Shown here: positions 49,979 through 60,603 of the stretch, in pieces
How the letters are laid out: each line of letters opens with the position of its first letter
How positions within the stretch are numbered: position 1 is the stretch's first letter
Assembly (NCBI GenBank): GCA_945877625.1
Contig: CAMCSF010000001.1
Coordinates: forward strand, 1-63,411
Length of the DNA stretch: 63,411 nucleotides
DNA from: Methylomonas koyamae
GTDB taxonomy: Bacteria > Pseudomonadota > Gammaproteobacteria > Methylococcales > Methylomonadaceae
Reading direction: 5' to 3'
The notes under the pieces: generated by a model
Databases searched by the model: none
What the model was told of the DNA's origin: nothing
The model's input: only the letters and a program-made list of their open reading frames with translations
Position numbers and translations under genes: made by a program

Positions 49979-51910
49979 TTAACTGTCTTGTTTAGACGAC
50001 TCTAAATAAACCCAATCAACAATATTAGGGTCTGGACTGTAACCAGATACAATATCTGTTAGTATTTCTCTGGCAATAGGAATATTGGTTTCAGATAGGG
50101 ATTTACTTAATAACTGAAGATGATTTTCTAATTCATTCCAAGATAGAAACTGCTCGTGCGCTTTCATAATTCGAGGATGGCTAGTGGGTAGAGGGTTATC
50201 ACCAATCAATAACTCTTCATAAAGCTTTTCACCGGGTCTTAACCCAGTAATTTCAATGCCAATATCACCATCAGGATTTTCCTCGTCTTTTAATGACAGT
50301 CCTGATAATTCCACTATACGTTTGGCCAAATCAATAATCTTAACCGGCTCGCCCATATCTAATACAAATACATCGCCACCGTTTGCCATCGCACCCGCTT
50401 GAATAACCAATTGAGCGGCTTCAGGAATGGTCATAAAGTAACGAGTAATTTCGCTGTGAGTTAATGTAATTGGTCCACCGGCTTTTATTTGGCGACGAAA
50501 TAAAGGGACGACAGACCCGGATGAGCCTAGAACATTACCAAAACGCACCATACTAAATCTTGTGTTGTTTGATGTATTTTGCTCGGCTAAGGCTTGAAGT
50601 ACCATTTCCGCAAGACGTTTGCTGGCGCCCATTATATTAGTTGGCCTAACTGCTTTATCGGTACTGACTAATACAAAATCATGAATATGATGAGCAATGG
50701 CTTGCTGAGCAACCGTTAAAGTGCCAAAGACATTATTTTTGATACCTTCCGCAGGATTATGTTCTACAAGGGGTACGTGTTTATAAGCGGCGGCGTGATA
50801 AACCGTTTCAGGATGCCAAGTGCTGAAAATTTCACTGATCCGATCTTTATCATGAACATTCGCTAATAATGGGATCAATGTTATAGACTGATTATTAGTT
50901 AATAGATTTTTTTCTAGCTCATGATGAATCGAATATAAAGCGTATTCAGATAATTCTACTAATAATAATGTGGAAGGATGATATTTTAAAATTTGCCGAC
51001 ATAGTTCACTACCAATTGAGCCACCTGCACCGGTCACCAAAACAGTTTTAGCAGTAATGTTCTTTGCAATTAATAACTGATTGGGAATAACTGGGTCTCT
51101 GCCTAATAAATCATCAATATCTAAATCTCTTAAATCAGAAACCTGCACTCGACCATGTGCTAAATCCATTAACCCTGGAACAGTGCGTACCGAAACATGG
51201 GCATGACGTATTGTTTCTAAAATTTTATGACGTCTATGCCTAGAAATCGATGGCATAGCCAACAATATATAATCAATTTTATTGCGTTTAACTATTTTGG
51301 TTAAATCGGTGGGGTTGTGGATTTTAAGGCCGTTTAATATATGTCCATGTAAGCGGTCATCATCATCTAACATACCCAATACATGCATTTCTGAACTGCT
51401 TTTTAGAGCCGCAGCCAGTTGTCTACCAGCAGCACCGGCACCATAAATAAACACACGAGGTAAGGTGTTTAAAACTAAGCGGCTTTGATATAACCCGCCC
51501 AGCCAATAACGCGCTAAAGTACGAGATAAAACAACCCCGAATAATAATAGTAAAGGCTGTAAAATACCCACTGAACGAGGTGCGCCAGGAATATCTAGGA
51601 GTAGAAAAATAGAGCTATAAAGAACAGTATAAATAGAAACTGCTTTTAAAACCGTATAGAGTGCCGATAGTCCAGCATAACGAAAAATAGCCCGATATAA
51701 GCCTAATACGACAAATAAAGGAAACATTAATATCCAACTAATAAATAAGGCTAACCAATGAGCATCGCTCCATTCGGTCCAAGTATCTAAACGAATATTA
51801 AATGCTAACCAAACAGCGGTGGTGCTTAATAAAAAATCAACCGAAACAGCCAGAACACGTTTAAAAATACGTGGGATATTTAGTAAAAAATCGGAAATAG
51901 GTTCTAGCAT
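49979..51910 (-). CDS. Membrane-bound UDP-GlcNAc 4,6-dehydratase (PglF/WbpM/CapD-like)
   Basis: VTGAGGSIGSEL, HAAAYKHVP, STDKAVRPTNIMGASK, RFGNVLGSSGSV, RPGEKLYEEL. Confidence 0.95.
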   Translation of the reverse strand: MLEPISDFLLNIPRIFKRVLAVSVDFLLSTTAVWLAFNIRLDTWTEWSDAHWLALFISWILMFPLFVVLGLYRAIFRYAGLSALYTVLKAVSIYTVLYSSIFLLLDIPGAPRSVGILQPLLLLFGVVLSRTLARYWLGGLYQSRLVLNTLPRVFIYGAGAAGRQLAAALKSSSEMHVLGMLDDDDRLHGHILNGLKIHNPTDLTKIVKRNKIDYILLAMPSISRHRRHKILETIRHAHVSVRTVPGLMDLAHGRVQVSDLRDLDIDDLLGRDPVIPNQLLIAKNITAKTVLVTGAGGSIGSELCRQILKYHPSTLLLVELSEYALYSIHHELEKNLLTNNQSITLIPLLANVHDKDRISEIFSTWHPETVYHAAAYKHVPLVEHNPAEGIKNNVFGTLTVAQQAIAHHIHDFVLVSTDKAVRPTNIMGASKRLAEMVLQALAEQNTSNNTRFSMVRFGNVLGSSGSVVPLFRRQIKAGGPITLTHSEITRYFMTIPEAAQLVIQAGAMANGGDVFVLDMGEPVKIIDLAKRIVELSGLSLKDEENPDGDIGIEITGLRPGEKLYEELLIGDNPLPTSHPRIMKAHEQFLSWNELENHLQLLSKSLSETNIPIAREILTDIVSGYSPDPNIVDWVYLESSKQDS

Positions 51911-52033
51911 AAAATTGATTTAGTATCGGCTATTAAATAAGTGTCTAAATAAAAATTAAAATGAGATAAATGTTGATGGTTTAATTGGATTAACTGGGTT
52001 TAATTTAACGACTAATCAGTAATTCAATTCGTG

Positions 52034-52396
52034 TTAAAGAAATTTAATCGCAGCAATTACTATACCGCCTACAGTCAGCGTAGTGGCAAATGACCAAACC
52101 ATAAAATGATCCATCCGTGATGTTAGTTGGTCAAAGCGCTTATCTACTTGTTCAAAGCGTTTATTGACATCCTCAAATCGTTTGTCAACTTGCTCAAAAC
52201 GTTTGTCCATATCATCTCGAAGTGCTTTCATTTCACTACGTAAATCAATATCTAAATGGGCAAAATGATTAGTTTGAGCTTTAAGCATCAAAATCATCAT
52301 TTGATCCGATGAAATACTTTGCCCATTAGCAACTTGATCCATTACTTTTTGCGCTTGATTATCCAGCCAATCTTCAAAAAACCTGTCATCAAACAT
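52034..52396 (-). CDS. Small coiled-coil protein with DKRFEQV heptad repeats and C-terminal TM helix
   Basis: DKRFEQV-DKRFEDV-NKRFEQV-DKRFDQL, then a hydrophobic tail. Confidence 0.75.
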   Translation of the reverse strand: MFDDRFFEDWLDNQAQKVMDQVANGQSISSDQMMILMLKAQTNHFAHLDIDLRSEMKALRDDMDKRFEQVDKRFEDVNKRFEQVDKRFDQLTSRMDHFMVWSFATTLTVGGIVIAAIKFL

Positions 52397-52421
52397 AATT
52401 GTTCCTATTTTAGTTTGGTAA

Positions 52422-53100
52422 TTACCGAGGTAAATAACTTTGTACCATATCGCCTTTTCGTTGTAGGACAATCACATTATTTTGTAAGGCTTGTTCTTTA
52501 AGATCATCATAGAGATGAAACGTTGCTAATACTAAATGATGGCGATAATCTTTATACGCTGGGAATAAGTTTTTAAAGTTAGAGTATTTTTTGGTGATTA
52601 ATTTGGTTAAATCCGCTTCGTGGGCTTTATATTTAACCTCAATAATCGCAACATCCTGACCATTAATCAAAATCATATCGTATTCATCAGTAATGCCATT
52701 AAGCTCTTTTTAAAAAGTTCGCATGTATTGTTTACCTGCCAGCCACGCAACCAAAGACATTGCGTGAAATCCATACATGTCAACTTGTTACTAAGAGCTT
52801 ATGTGTTCGAGAGATATTCTTATCGATAAAATCATAATGGATGCCTGCTAAAGTTTGGGTATCTTTTAAAGAATTATAAAAGAACTCCTCCGCAACTGCG
52901 CCTTGGTTCTGACCAATATTGCCTACTGTGATACCAATTCGTTCAAGTTTTTCATCGGTACGTTTTAACTGCTCGTCAGTGCGTTTCATTTGCTCGTCAG
53001 TGCGCTTCATCTGATCATCAGTTACTTTTTGTGCCTCGCGTAAAGTTTTACTATCAATAGCTAAACTTGCAACCAAAGCCTTTAATTCATCATCAGTCAT
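52422..53100 (-). pseudogene. Coiled-coil + PD-(D/E)XK-like protein (DUF3782-like) interrupted by a MITE
   Basis: KRTDEQM heptads, G..AEEFFY, EYD..IIEVK. Removing the 98-bp insert plus one TA joins the two ORFs into one 192-aa frame. Confidence 0.82.
52702..52799. mobile_element. 98-bp MITE with TA target duplication
   Basis: Imperfect ~27-bp TIRs AGCTCTTTTTAAAAAGTTCGCATGTAT / ATACATGTCAACTTGTTACTAAGAGCT; TA at 52700-52701 and 52800-52801. Confidence 0.88.
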
Positions 53101-53170
53101 ATAATCCTCACAAACCTTATTCCACAAATAGACAAACCAAACTTAGTCTACAACACCGACTACAACAAGA

Positions 53171-53740
53171 TTAACTCCCAATCCCTTGACTAGGTAATAA
53201 CACCTGATTACTCGCTATCGTTACACCATAACCTAACGACGAACCCGCTTGCATCCACGCCCCAGTACCTAAAACACACCCGCCAGCCATGCAAGCATTG
53301 ACACCTAAATGTCCAAAATCTTCAACCTTTGCGTGATGATCGACCACCGCACCGCAATTAACAATAACGCCAACACCTAGCTTTGCCTCTGTTCCAACAA
53401 TCGCACCCGCCATGATAGTCACCCCGTCATCAATAACAGCACTAGGTGAAACGATTGCTTTCGGGTGAATAATCGTCGCCAACTGAAATCCTAAAGACAA
53501 CACTTGCTGACATAATTGTTGGCGCAAAGCATTATTCCCAATCGCCACAATCACATGTGACGCTGTATCGGTTAATAGCGGCAAATCAGCAGTAATACCT
53601 AATACAGGAAACCCGAAAATATCAACAGACGCGTGATCATCAACAAAACCAGCGATCTCAAATAGATTCGCCGCTAAAACAGCCTCTGCCACAGAACGAC
53701 CATGACCACCTGCGCCGACAATTAAAAGTTTATTGCTCAA
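53171..53740 (-). CDS. PglD/NeuD-like sugar acetyltransferase
   Basis: GAGGHG, VAIGNN..R, IIHP, VVDHH. Confidence 0.9.
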   Translation of the reverse strand: MSNKLLIVGAGGHGRSVAEAVLAANLFEIAGFVDDHASVDIFGFPVLGITADLPLLTDTASHVIVAIGNNALRQQLCQQVLSLGFQLATIIHPKAIVSPSAVIDDGVTIMAGAIVGTEAKLGVGVIVNCGAVVDHHAKVEDFGHLGVNACMAGGCVLGTGAWMQAGSSLGYGVTIASNQVLLPSQGIGS

Positions 53741-54297
53741 TGTGTTACACCATCTCTGCGCAGCACTTTAACAAAAGTAAGCCAGAGAATATACAAATCA
53801 AAACCAATAGACTGACGTTGTAAATATTCAACATCAAAGTTTACTTTCACAGGAATCGGTAATTCATCACGGCCATTAACTTGTGCCCAACCCGTTAGTC
53901 CAGGTACTAACTGATGTACACCATATTCAGTCCGTAAAGCGATTAAGTCTTCTTGATTAAATAAAGCAGGGCGAGGGCCGACAAAGCTCATATCGCCAAC
54001 CAAAATACTCCATAACTGAGGTAATTCATCCAAGCTACTTTTACGTAAAAACGAACCAATAGGGGTTAATACTGATTCTGGGTTTGCTAATAAATGGGTT
54101 GCAACAGCAGGCGTACCAACTCGCATACTACGAAATTTAGGCATTTTGAAAATAGTATTATTTCGGCCAATACGGTCAGACCAATAGAGAGCTGGGCCTT
54201 TAGAGGTTAATCGTACTAATAATGTGACTATGCCAATCGGTAAAATTAAAGCGGCCAATGCAAATATAACTAAAACCAAATCAATTAATCTTTTCAT
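53737..54297 (-). CDS. Monotopic phosphoglycosyltransferase (PglC-like)
   Basis: KRLIDL, KFRSM, SLDELPQL, GDMSFVGPRP, PGLTGWAQVNGR. Confidence 0.93.
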   Translation of the reverse strand: MKRLIDLVLVIFALAALILPIGIVTLLVRLTSKGPALYWSDRIGRNNTIFKMPKFRSMRVGTPAVATHLLANPESVLTPIGSFLRKSSLDELPQLWSILVGDMSFVGPRPALFNQEDLIALRTEYGVHQLVPGLTGWAQVNGRDELPIPVKVNFDVEYLQRQSIGFDLYILWLTFVKVLRRDGVTH

Positions 54298-55339
54298 TTA
54301 TAACCTTTTGATTGTTTTTTGTGTCTTGTAATTGTAAAAGTTCGAGAGCCCAACCTTCACAAGAATAATATTTTTTTAAACTTTCTGAAACTTCTTGGAA
54401 AGGTTCAGTGAAAAAGTTAGTGCATATTTCTGGATTAAATCTATCGATGACTAAAACTCGAGATGAATGAAAAATATCGCTATGTAATATATGTTTATTA
54501 GTGGTAATCAGCTTTTTTCCCGTCATCAGGGTTTCAATTGTACGCATAGTAAAACCACGCTGTTTAGGATGTTCTATATCTAAAACAGCTTTTGATTGTG
54601 CAACAACGTTTGATACATCAATCGCAGACATGGGTGTTGTTGAAAGCGTACCTTTTGGCGAAGCCCATAATGTAGAATCAATCAATTTACGAGCAAATAA
54701 AATAAAGGTGCTTTGAAAATAGGCAAATACAAAACTATTAAACTGTGACCCATAACGTTGTCGTAATTTATGAATAACACGATGCCTATCGGAATGAACC
54801 GTACCAATAAAGCACCAGTCAAACGTTAAATTATGACTTTTTTCTGCCGGGACTGAAATCTTTCGCCAGAACAATGGCCGATAAGCCCAATTAAATATTT
54901 TTGCATCATGGGGGTCGAAACTGGCAACCGAGTCGAAAAAACCAGTTTTATCATGTACTGTTTTTACATTCTCGACACCATCCCAAAGATAAAGACCCAT
55001 ACTAGCTAAATGACAAGCATCTTTTATGTTGGAAATGGTCGTTTTCGATAATCCTTCGCCTTTAATAACTAAAACATGTGAAACAGTTTCGCTATCAAGA
55101 TTAATTAATTTCTTTTTAAACGAATTTTCAGAAAATTTAGCTACCGTTTTTGGAGAAATACGCAATAAAAGTTTATACCAAGTGGCTTCGCTTGTTCTGT
55201 CATTCCACCAAGTCACTCGATAGCCCATATTGCAGAGTGTTTCTGAGATAGTCGTGTGATAAGAAAAGGTTAAAGGAGATATTAGCAAAACATGTTTAGC
55301 TTGAGAAAACGAGATGCTCTGATTGTCGGTAACAGACAT
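54281..55339 (-). CDS. O-antigen biosynthesis protein (GT-like)
   Basis: LYLWD, SFDPHD, FIGTVHSDR, QRGFTMRTIE, KKLITTN; operon context. Confidence 0.65.
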   Translation of the reverse strand: MSVTDNQSISFSQAKHVLLISPLTFSYHTTISETLCNMGYRVTWWNDRTSEATWYKLLLRISPKTVAKFSENSFKKKLINLDSETVSHVLVIKGEGLSKTTISNIKDACHLASMGLYLWDGVENVKTVHDKTGFFDSVASFDPHDAKIFNWAYRPLFWRKISVPAEKSHNLTFDWCFIGTVHSDRHRVIHKLRQRYGSQFNSFVFAYFQSTFILFARKLIDSTLWASPKGTLSTTPMSAIDVSNVVAQSKAVLDIEHPKQRGFTMRTIETLMTGKKLITTNKHILHSDIFHSSRVLVIDRFNPEICTNFFTEPFQEVSESLKKYYSCEGWALELLQLQDTKNNQKVINEKIN

Positions 55340-55350
55340 TAATCTAAACT

Positions 55351-55914
55351 CTATTGTTTAATGATTTTGGCTGGAACGCCGGCAGCGAACTGACCAGCAC
55401 CTACATTATTTAACACTACCGCATTAGCACCAATACTACAGCCATCATCTAAACAAATACCGCCTAGCACTTTAGCACCAGAACCGATAATGACATTGTT
55501 TCCAATAGTCGGTCTAAGTGATTGATTATAAGTAAAATCAACTTCTCTCGCTCCGAGTGTCGCACCTTGGAAAATGGTCACATTCTCGCCAATTTCCCAA
55601 GCACCTATAACCGTACCTTGAGTATGCGGCAAAAATAGACCTTTACCGATTTTACAACGTACAGCTATTTCAATCCCAAATAAGAAAAAATTGAGAAGAG
55701 AAAATATCTTGGCAAATAAACCTAAATTACGTTGGTAAAAGAAGAACGATAATCGATAAAATAAAATTGGAACAAACCTAGGTGAAAAAATACCTATCCA
55801 CAGTTTCAAGCCAGTAGCTTGTATAGTAGATTTATTGATAATTTGATTAGCTCTATGCAAATCTGCAATTAGATAAGACGCTAAATTAAATTCTTCATTA
55901 GTTACGCTGTTCAT
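55351..55914 (-). CDS. Serine-acetyltransferase-like O-acetyltransferase
   Basis: IGKGLFLPH.QGTVIG, PTIGNNVIIGSGAKVLG. Confidence 0.85.
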   Translation of the reverse strand: MNSVTNEEFNLASYLIADLHRANQIINKSTIQATGLKLWIGIFSPRFVPILFYRLSFFFYQRNLGLFAKIFSLLNFFLFGIEIAVRCKIGKGLFLPHTQGTVIGAWEIGENVTIFQGATLGAREVDFTYNQSLRPTIGNNVIIGSGAKVLGGICLDDGCSIGANAVVLNNVGAGQFAAGVPAKIIKQ

Positions 55915-57056
55915 TTTGATACTTTACCCATAAGACCTTTTTCGGCTAATTCATTAACAGAACGTAAATAAGCCGCTTTATCTTCAGGGGATTGTTCTAA
56001 TGCCCAACTCAGGAAATTGTTTAATCCTTGTTTAAAAGGGATGCTAGGTATAAAACCTAAAACCTCATTTAAAAGGTTAGTGTCAGTAATATTATGTCTT
56101 ATATCGCCTAATCGAAATGCACCTGTCACACTAATTGAGCTATTGCTATTAAAGAAGCTTTTAATTTCTTCGGCAACCGTCATAACACTCGTTGCATGTC
56201 CAGAGCCAACATTTAATGCCCCAACAAACTGGCCTTGATAATTAATGCTTCTGACTGTCGCTTCAACCACATCATCAATATAAACAAAATCACGAGACTC
56301 TTGCCCATCTTCATAAATTTCAATTGGTTGATCCTGTCGAGCTAAATTCGAGAATACCGCTAATATACCCGTGTATGGGTTTTTTAAAGATTGACCAGGG
56401 CCATAAACATTTTGATAACGTAAAGCAAAGCCATTAATACCGTTAGTTTTGGCGAACATTAATACAGCTTGTTCCTGTACTTGTTTAGTTAGCCCATAAA
56501 TCGACATGGGTTTAAAAGGCGCATGCTCTGCGGTAGGGATAAGCGTTAGCGAGGTACTGCATATTGGACATATTGGTTCAAACAAACCTTTTGTCATTTG
56601 CTCTTTAGATCGCTGTTCAGGATATACCGCACCATGATTTGAACACAGATAAGCTCCCTCGCCATAAATAGCACGGCTCGAAGCAACGATGATAGATTTC
56701 ACATTTTTTCCACAGGGATCATTTTGTAGTAAATCTAAAAGAACTGCGGTTCCTTGCACATTGACATTAAAGTAGCGATCAATTTCGTACATTGATTGGC
56801 CTGTACCTGTTTCAGCTGCAAGATGGACAACAGCCTCTATACCTAACAAAGCTCGCTTCATGGCATCTCTATCGCGGACGTCAGCCCTAATTAGTTCAAC
56901 CTCAGCATTCAAATCTGGTGGCAAACAATCTGTTGCATGAATTTGAGGGCTAAAGTTGTCAAGAATACGAACTTTGGTACCGCTGGCGATTAAAACCCGA
57001 GCTAAGCGTTGGCCAATAAAGCCAGCGCCACCTGTTATAAGAATGGTCGTTTTCAT
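55911..57056 (-). CDS. NAD-dependent sugar epimerase/dehydratase
   Basis: TGGAGFIG, HLAAETGTGQSMY, YGLTK, RYQNVYGPGQ. Confidence 0.9.
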   Translation of the reverse strand: MKTTILITGGAGFIGQRLARVLIASGTKVRILDNFSPQIHATDCLPPDLNAEVELIRADVRDRDAMKRALLGIEAVVHLAAETGTGQSMYEIDRYFNVNVQGTAVLLDLLQNDPCGKNVKSIIVASSRAIYGEGAYLCSNHGAVYPEQRSKEQMTKGLFEPICPICSTSLTLIPTAEHAPFKPMSIYGLTKQVQEQAVLMFAKTNGINGFALRYQNVYGPGQSLKNPYTGILAVFSNLARQDQPIEIYEDGQESRDFVYIDDVVEATVRSINYQGQFVGALNVGSGHATSVMTVAEEIKSFFNSNSSISVTGAFRLGDIRHNITDTNLLNEVLGFIPSIPFKQGLNNFLSWALEQSPEDKAAYLRSVNELAEKGLMGKVSK

Positions 57057-58279
57057 GAGGATGTTTTTGAGTTTTTTGATGGAATATTGGTGTTTTTGAA
57101 TAAAATGGAAATCAATACAAGAAACGAAAGACCTCCACTAAATAATACTGCGGTAAGGGAGTGAAAAGTGGTGAAATACATTGATATTGTTAAAGCAGAT
57201 ATTAGTGGGGTATTTCTGGATAAAACGACTATTCGTATTAAAAGCGCTAAAAGAGATGAGTATAGAATGACACCTATATATCCAAAATTTAAGTATGAAT
57301 CAATATAGAAAACAGTGTTTGACGATCCTGTGCCTGTTTCATTTTGTCCCCATTGAAAATTAAAAACCTCTCTTTCAAGGTTAAAAGTTTCCTCATTAAA
57401 AATACTAGCTACAATGCTTATTGATTTTCCGTATACTAATTCATTTTTTAAAACTAAGTCTAGGTAGTTTAGCCAGTCTATTGCAGTTATATAAGGAATG
57501 TATATGATTCTGTTAATTATATAGTATATCTGGTTTTCATCGTTTTGAAATATATTGTAGCTGTCAGGAGTTTTTTGCATGACACCTTGGTCAATATCTT
57601 GGGGGGATAATCCTCCTCTGGCGATGAAGGATATGATGGTAATTATTATTAATAAATAGATGCCTGTTTTAAACGCTTTTCTAAAGTTGCCATTGTTTAT
57701 ATTTATATAAAATAAAGGTAGTAAAGCTACTATTGCTCTACCTTTTTCTAGGGTTATTGCTAAGGATAAAATAAAAATAATTGTAATAGCAAGCCTTTTT
57801 CTTGTTGCATGAAAGAACATTCTTGAAATAACTAATGGCATTAAGGCTGTTATTAAAATTGTATAAATATATGGTAGTGCTCGTTCATTCCCTGAGCGTG
57901 TTCTTATGAACTCCTCCCGATAAACTGATAAATCAGATATAGATGCCCCTTTGAATACTTCTAAAAGAGGGATGTGGGGAGCGGTGGCTGCAGCGTAAAT
58001 AACTGTTGTAAAGTAAGTGAAAACTATTATGGAGTCAAATGTTGTCCAATCTATATTAATTCTTGGTATGTTTCTATATAGAGTTGTCAGGTGGTGGTCG
58101 CAAAATAAAGTATAGCTAATTATATATGTTGTTATGCTGATGAGGGAGATTGAAATTAAATTTATTGCTGTGGGGTTTTGTGATATGGCTAAATCTAATA
58201 ATCCGGGTAATATGTAGAATAGTGTGGTTAAGTATGGTGGTAGTAGATATAATCTATTGATTTTGAATAAGTTAAGCAT
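57053..58279 (-). CDS. wzy: O-antigen polymerase (Wzy-like)
   Basis: About 10 TM segments, AT-rich, late periplasmic loop ending DSYLNFGYIG; cluster contains wzx. Confidence 0.65.
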   Translation of the reverse strand: MLNLFKINRLYLLPPYLTTLFYILPGLLDLAISQNPTAINLISISLISITTYIISYTLFCDHHLTTLYRNIPRINIDWTTFDSIIVFTYFTTVIYAAATAPHIPLLEVFKGASISDLSVYREEFIRTRSGNERALPYIYTILITALMPLVISRMFFHATRKRLAITIIFILSLAITLEKGRAIVALLPLFYININNGNFRKAFKTGIYLLIIITIISFIARGGLSPQDIDQGVMQKTPDSYNIFQNDENQIYYIINRIIYIPYITAIDWLNYLDLVLKNELVYGKSISIVASIFNEETFNLEREVFNFQWGQNETGTGSSNTVFYIDSYLNFGYIGVILYSSLLALLIRIVVLSRNTPLISALTISMYFTTFHSLTAVLFSGGLSFLVLISILFKNTNIPSKNSKTSS

Positions 58280-58406
58280 TTTATTTTTCGGGGTTCTGCT
58301 TTTTAAGTAGGTATCTATAAGTATTCAGGCATAAAAAACTTGCAACCCATTGAATTTATTGGATCCTTGTTCGACTAATGCCTGATTACTTTGGTTTGAC
58401 TACTTA

Positions 58407-59360
58407 TTAAAATATCTTCTTAAAAAAATATCTATATTTTGAGTGCCATTCTTTTGGGATTGGTAGTTTTGTATAAACTATTCCGGTTTTATATGTCATG
58501 CTGGGTTGTTGAGTATTCGCTCTTGTTAATAATTCATTAGCTAAGATACGGTTGCCAGACATTAATTGCCTAAATGCTTCACCAGCCAAATATCTTGCTT
58601 TACCTTTTTTGATTGAAAAACTTAAATCTTTAATGTAGGAAAGTTTTTCTGCGGCTAGATCTAAGTTCGATAAAGACTCTTCTAGTAATTCAAATGTTCT
58701 AAAGCTTGCTTGGTTCCCATGTTTTCGATAACGGGCTAATGTTTCAGGTATAAAGCCAATTTTGCCTTTTGCGGCAACTTCTATATAAAACAACCAATCA
58801 CTAACTGTTGGCAATCTGTTGTCAAAACCACATTCGGGTAATGCATCATTACGCACCATTACTGATACTGATCCAGGAATACATATTTGTACTAATTCAT
58901 GTAAGGTTCTTGGGGTATCAACTTTAGTTTGATTGGTTATCAATAAGGTTTTATTACTTGCTGAATCGAAAATATCAACAGGATGATAGGAAATTGTTAC
59001 CTCTGGATTTTCTTCCATGTATTTGGTTTGAACTTGAATCTTGTTGGGTAAAAAAAGATCATCGCCACCAATTAAAGCAAAATATTTACCTTTTCCATAT
59101 TTAATGCCTTGGTTGGAGTTAGCAGTTATTCCAGAGTTTTTCTCCAATCGTAGATATTTAATTAAACCATTATGGTTAGCTTGATATTCAAGACACATAG
59201 ACGCTGTGTCATCAGTTGATGCATCGTCACAGATAAGTATTTCGTAACTATATTCTGTTTTTTGCGCAAGAATAGATTCTATTGTTTCTCTCAGTAGTTC
59301 CTTTTGGTTATAGGTAATAATAGCTATTGTAACAACTGGATTAATTTCTTTACTGTTCAT
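58407..59360 (-). CDS. GT2 glycosyltransferase
   Basis: AIITYNQ, DDASTD, GGDD, SDWLF, YRKH. Confidence 0.9.
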   Translation of the reverse strand: MNSKEINPVVTIAIITYNQKELLRETIESILAQKTEYSYEILICDDASTDDTASMCLEYQANHNGLIKYLRLEKNSGITANSNQGIKYGKGKYFALIGGDDLFLPNKIQVQTKYMEENPEVTISYHPVDIFDSASNKTLLITNQTKVDTPRTLHELVQICIPGSVSVMVRNDALPECGFDNRLPTVSDWLFYIEVAAKGKIGFIPETLARYRKHGNQASFRTFELLEESLSNLDLAAEKLSYIKDLSFSIKKGKARYLAGEAFRQLMSGNRILANELLTRANTQQPSMTYKTGIVYTKLPIPKEWHSKYRYFFKKIF

Positions 59361-60603
59361 TTTTTATATATTTGTTATAGGAAAAAACCAAATATATAGC
59401 GCTTATAAGGTATGCAAATAAGTAAGTTGAAAAAGCGCCTTGTAATTGGGTTTTTGGTAGAAAATAAAAAGCTAGTCCTATATAGCTGATTGCGTAAATA
59501 ATTTCAGAAATGAAGGCTATCTTGTATTTTTCTTTTGCGATGGCAGCTATCGAATATGTCCAGACAATAACTTTAAAGATGTCACCAGTAATTTGTGTGG
59601 GTAGAAGGTGGTTTAGGTCTAAAAATGATTCACCTATTATCTTTATAATAATTGTATTCCATAGATAAAAGACAGTTAAACCAGTTGATAAGGTAATTGC
59701 TATTCCAATTGATAGGGTCTTATTTATTAATGATTTTCTGTCTAATATTGTTTTTTGCTGCGTTATCTTTGGTAATAAGAATGTTGTGAGTGGTGTGGTT
59801 GCTAGTAATAGATAAGATTCTGATACTTTTGTTATAGCCTGCCAATCACCTACCGTATCCCAGTCTGATTGTTCTGCTAATTGATTTCGCATAAACATTT
59901 GCAATAATAATGAATTTAATGCGGAAAACACGCCAATAAATCCTATTTTTGCAATTGATTTAATAGGGTATGAGTTTATTCTTTTAAGAGAAGGTAAAAA
60001 GCTTTTTTTATCTGTTCGATTTCTTAAAACAACATACGCAGCAAACAACATTGGGAATACATAATACAAAGATATGCCAATAAAAGCCCCGTTTTGTCCA
60101 TACAATAAAGTTGAATAATAAATGATAATAGTGCTTAGTAATAATGCAAGGGCATTGTATAAATTGTAGGAAGCTAACCTGTTATCTGCACATGCTCTAC
60201 CCGAATATGCTACAAACAGTCCTATTAAGGGTGTTGTTGCCGCTAGTGAAAGTAGGGCTGTTCTAATTCTGTTGTCACCAAAAAAATGATTGCTTAGTAA
60301 TTCTGCGTTACAAAGAATTGTTATTGATATTGCTAAGCTAAATATAAAAATCAGCCCAAGCAGTTTATTAAACTGTATGTCTGTGTTGGGTGCTTTGTCT
60401 GTCCAGTTGTTTTTTGCTATATGATTAAAAAATATTGCATTCAACAATCCATATATAAGCAATACAGCAGATTGAAATTGGGAAACTTGACCTAAGCCTT
60501 GCTTCCCTAAATATTCAACCAATACTCTTAGTAGTAGTATTCCAATAATTGCTTTTACCAATATCGGTAATGCACTAACGGCATAGGCGCGTAAAAGCAT
60601 CAC
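59350..60603 (-). CDS. wzx: O-antigen flippase
   Basis: About 12 TM segments; [26 protein letters not shown] (WzxE-like). Confidence 0.85.
   Translation of the reverse strand: MMLLRAYAVSALPILVKAIIGILLLRVLVEYLGKQGLGQVSQFQSAVLLIYGLLNAIFFNHIAKNNWTDKAPNTDIQFNKLLGLIFIFSLAISITILCNAELLSNHFFGDNRIRTALLSLAATTPLIGLFVAYSGRACADNRLASYNLYNALALLLSTIIIYYSTLLYGQNGAFIGISLYYVFPMLFAAYVVLRNRTDKKSFLPSLKRINSYPIKSIAKIGFIGVFSALNSLLLQMFMRNQLAEQSDWDTVGDWQAITKVSESYLLLATTPLTTFLLPKITQQKTILDRKSLINKTLSIGIAITLSTGLTVFYLWNTIIIKIIGESFLDLNHLLPTQITGDIFKVIVWTYSIAAIAKEKYKIAFISEIIYAISYIGLAFYFLPKTQLQGAFSTYLFAYLISAIYLVFSYNKYIKNEQ

Noticed and set aside
51938-52021. Possible IS630-like end (TAAGTGTCTAAATAAAA, similar to 47870)
   Set aside because: AT-rich and no clear partner inverted repeat.
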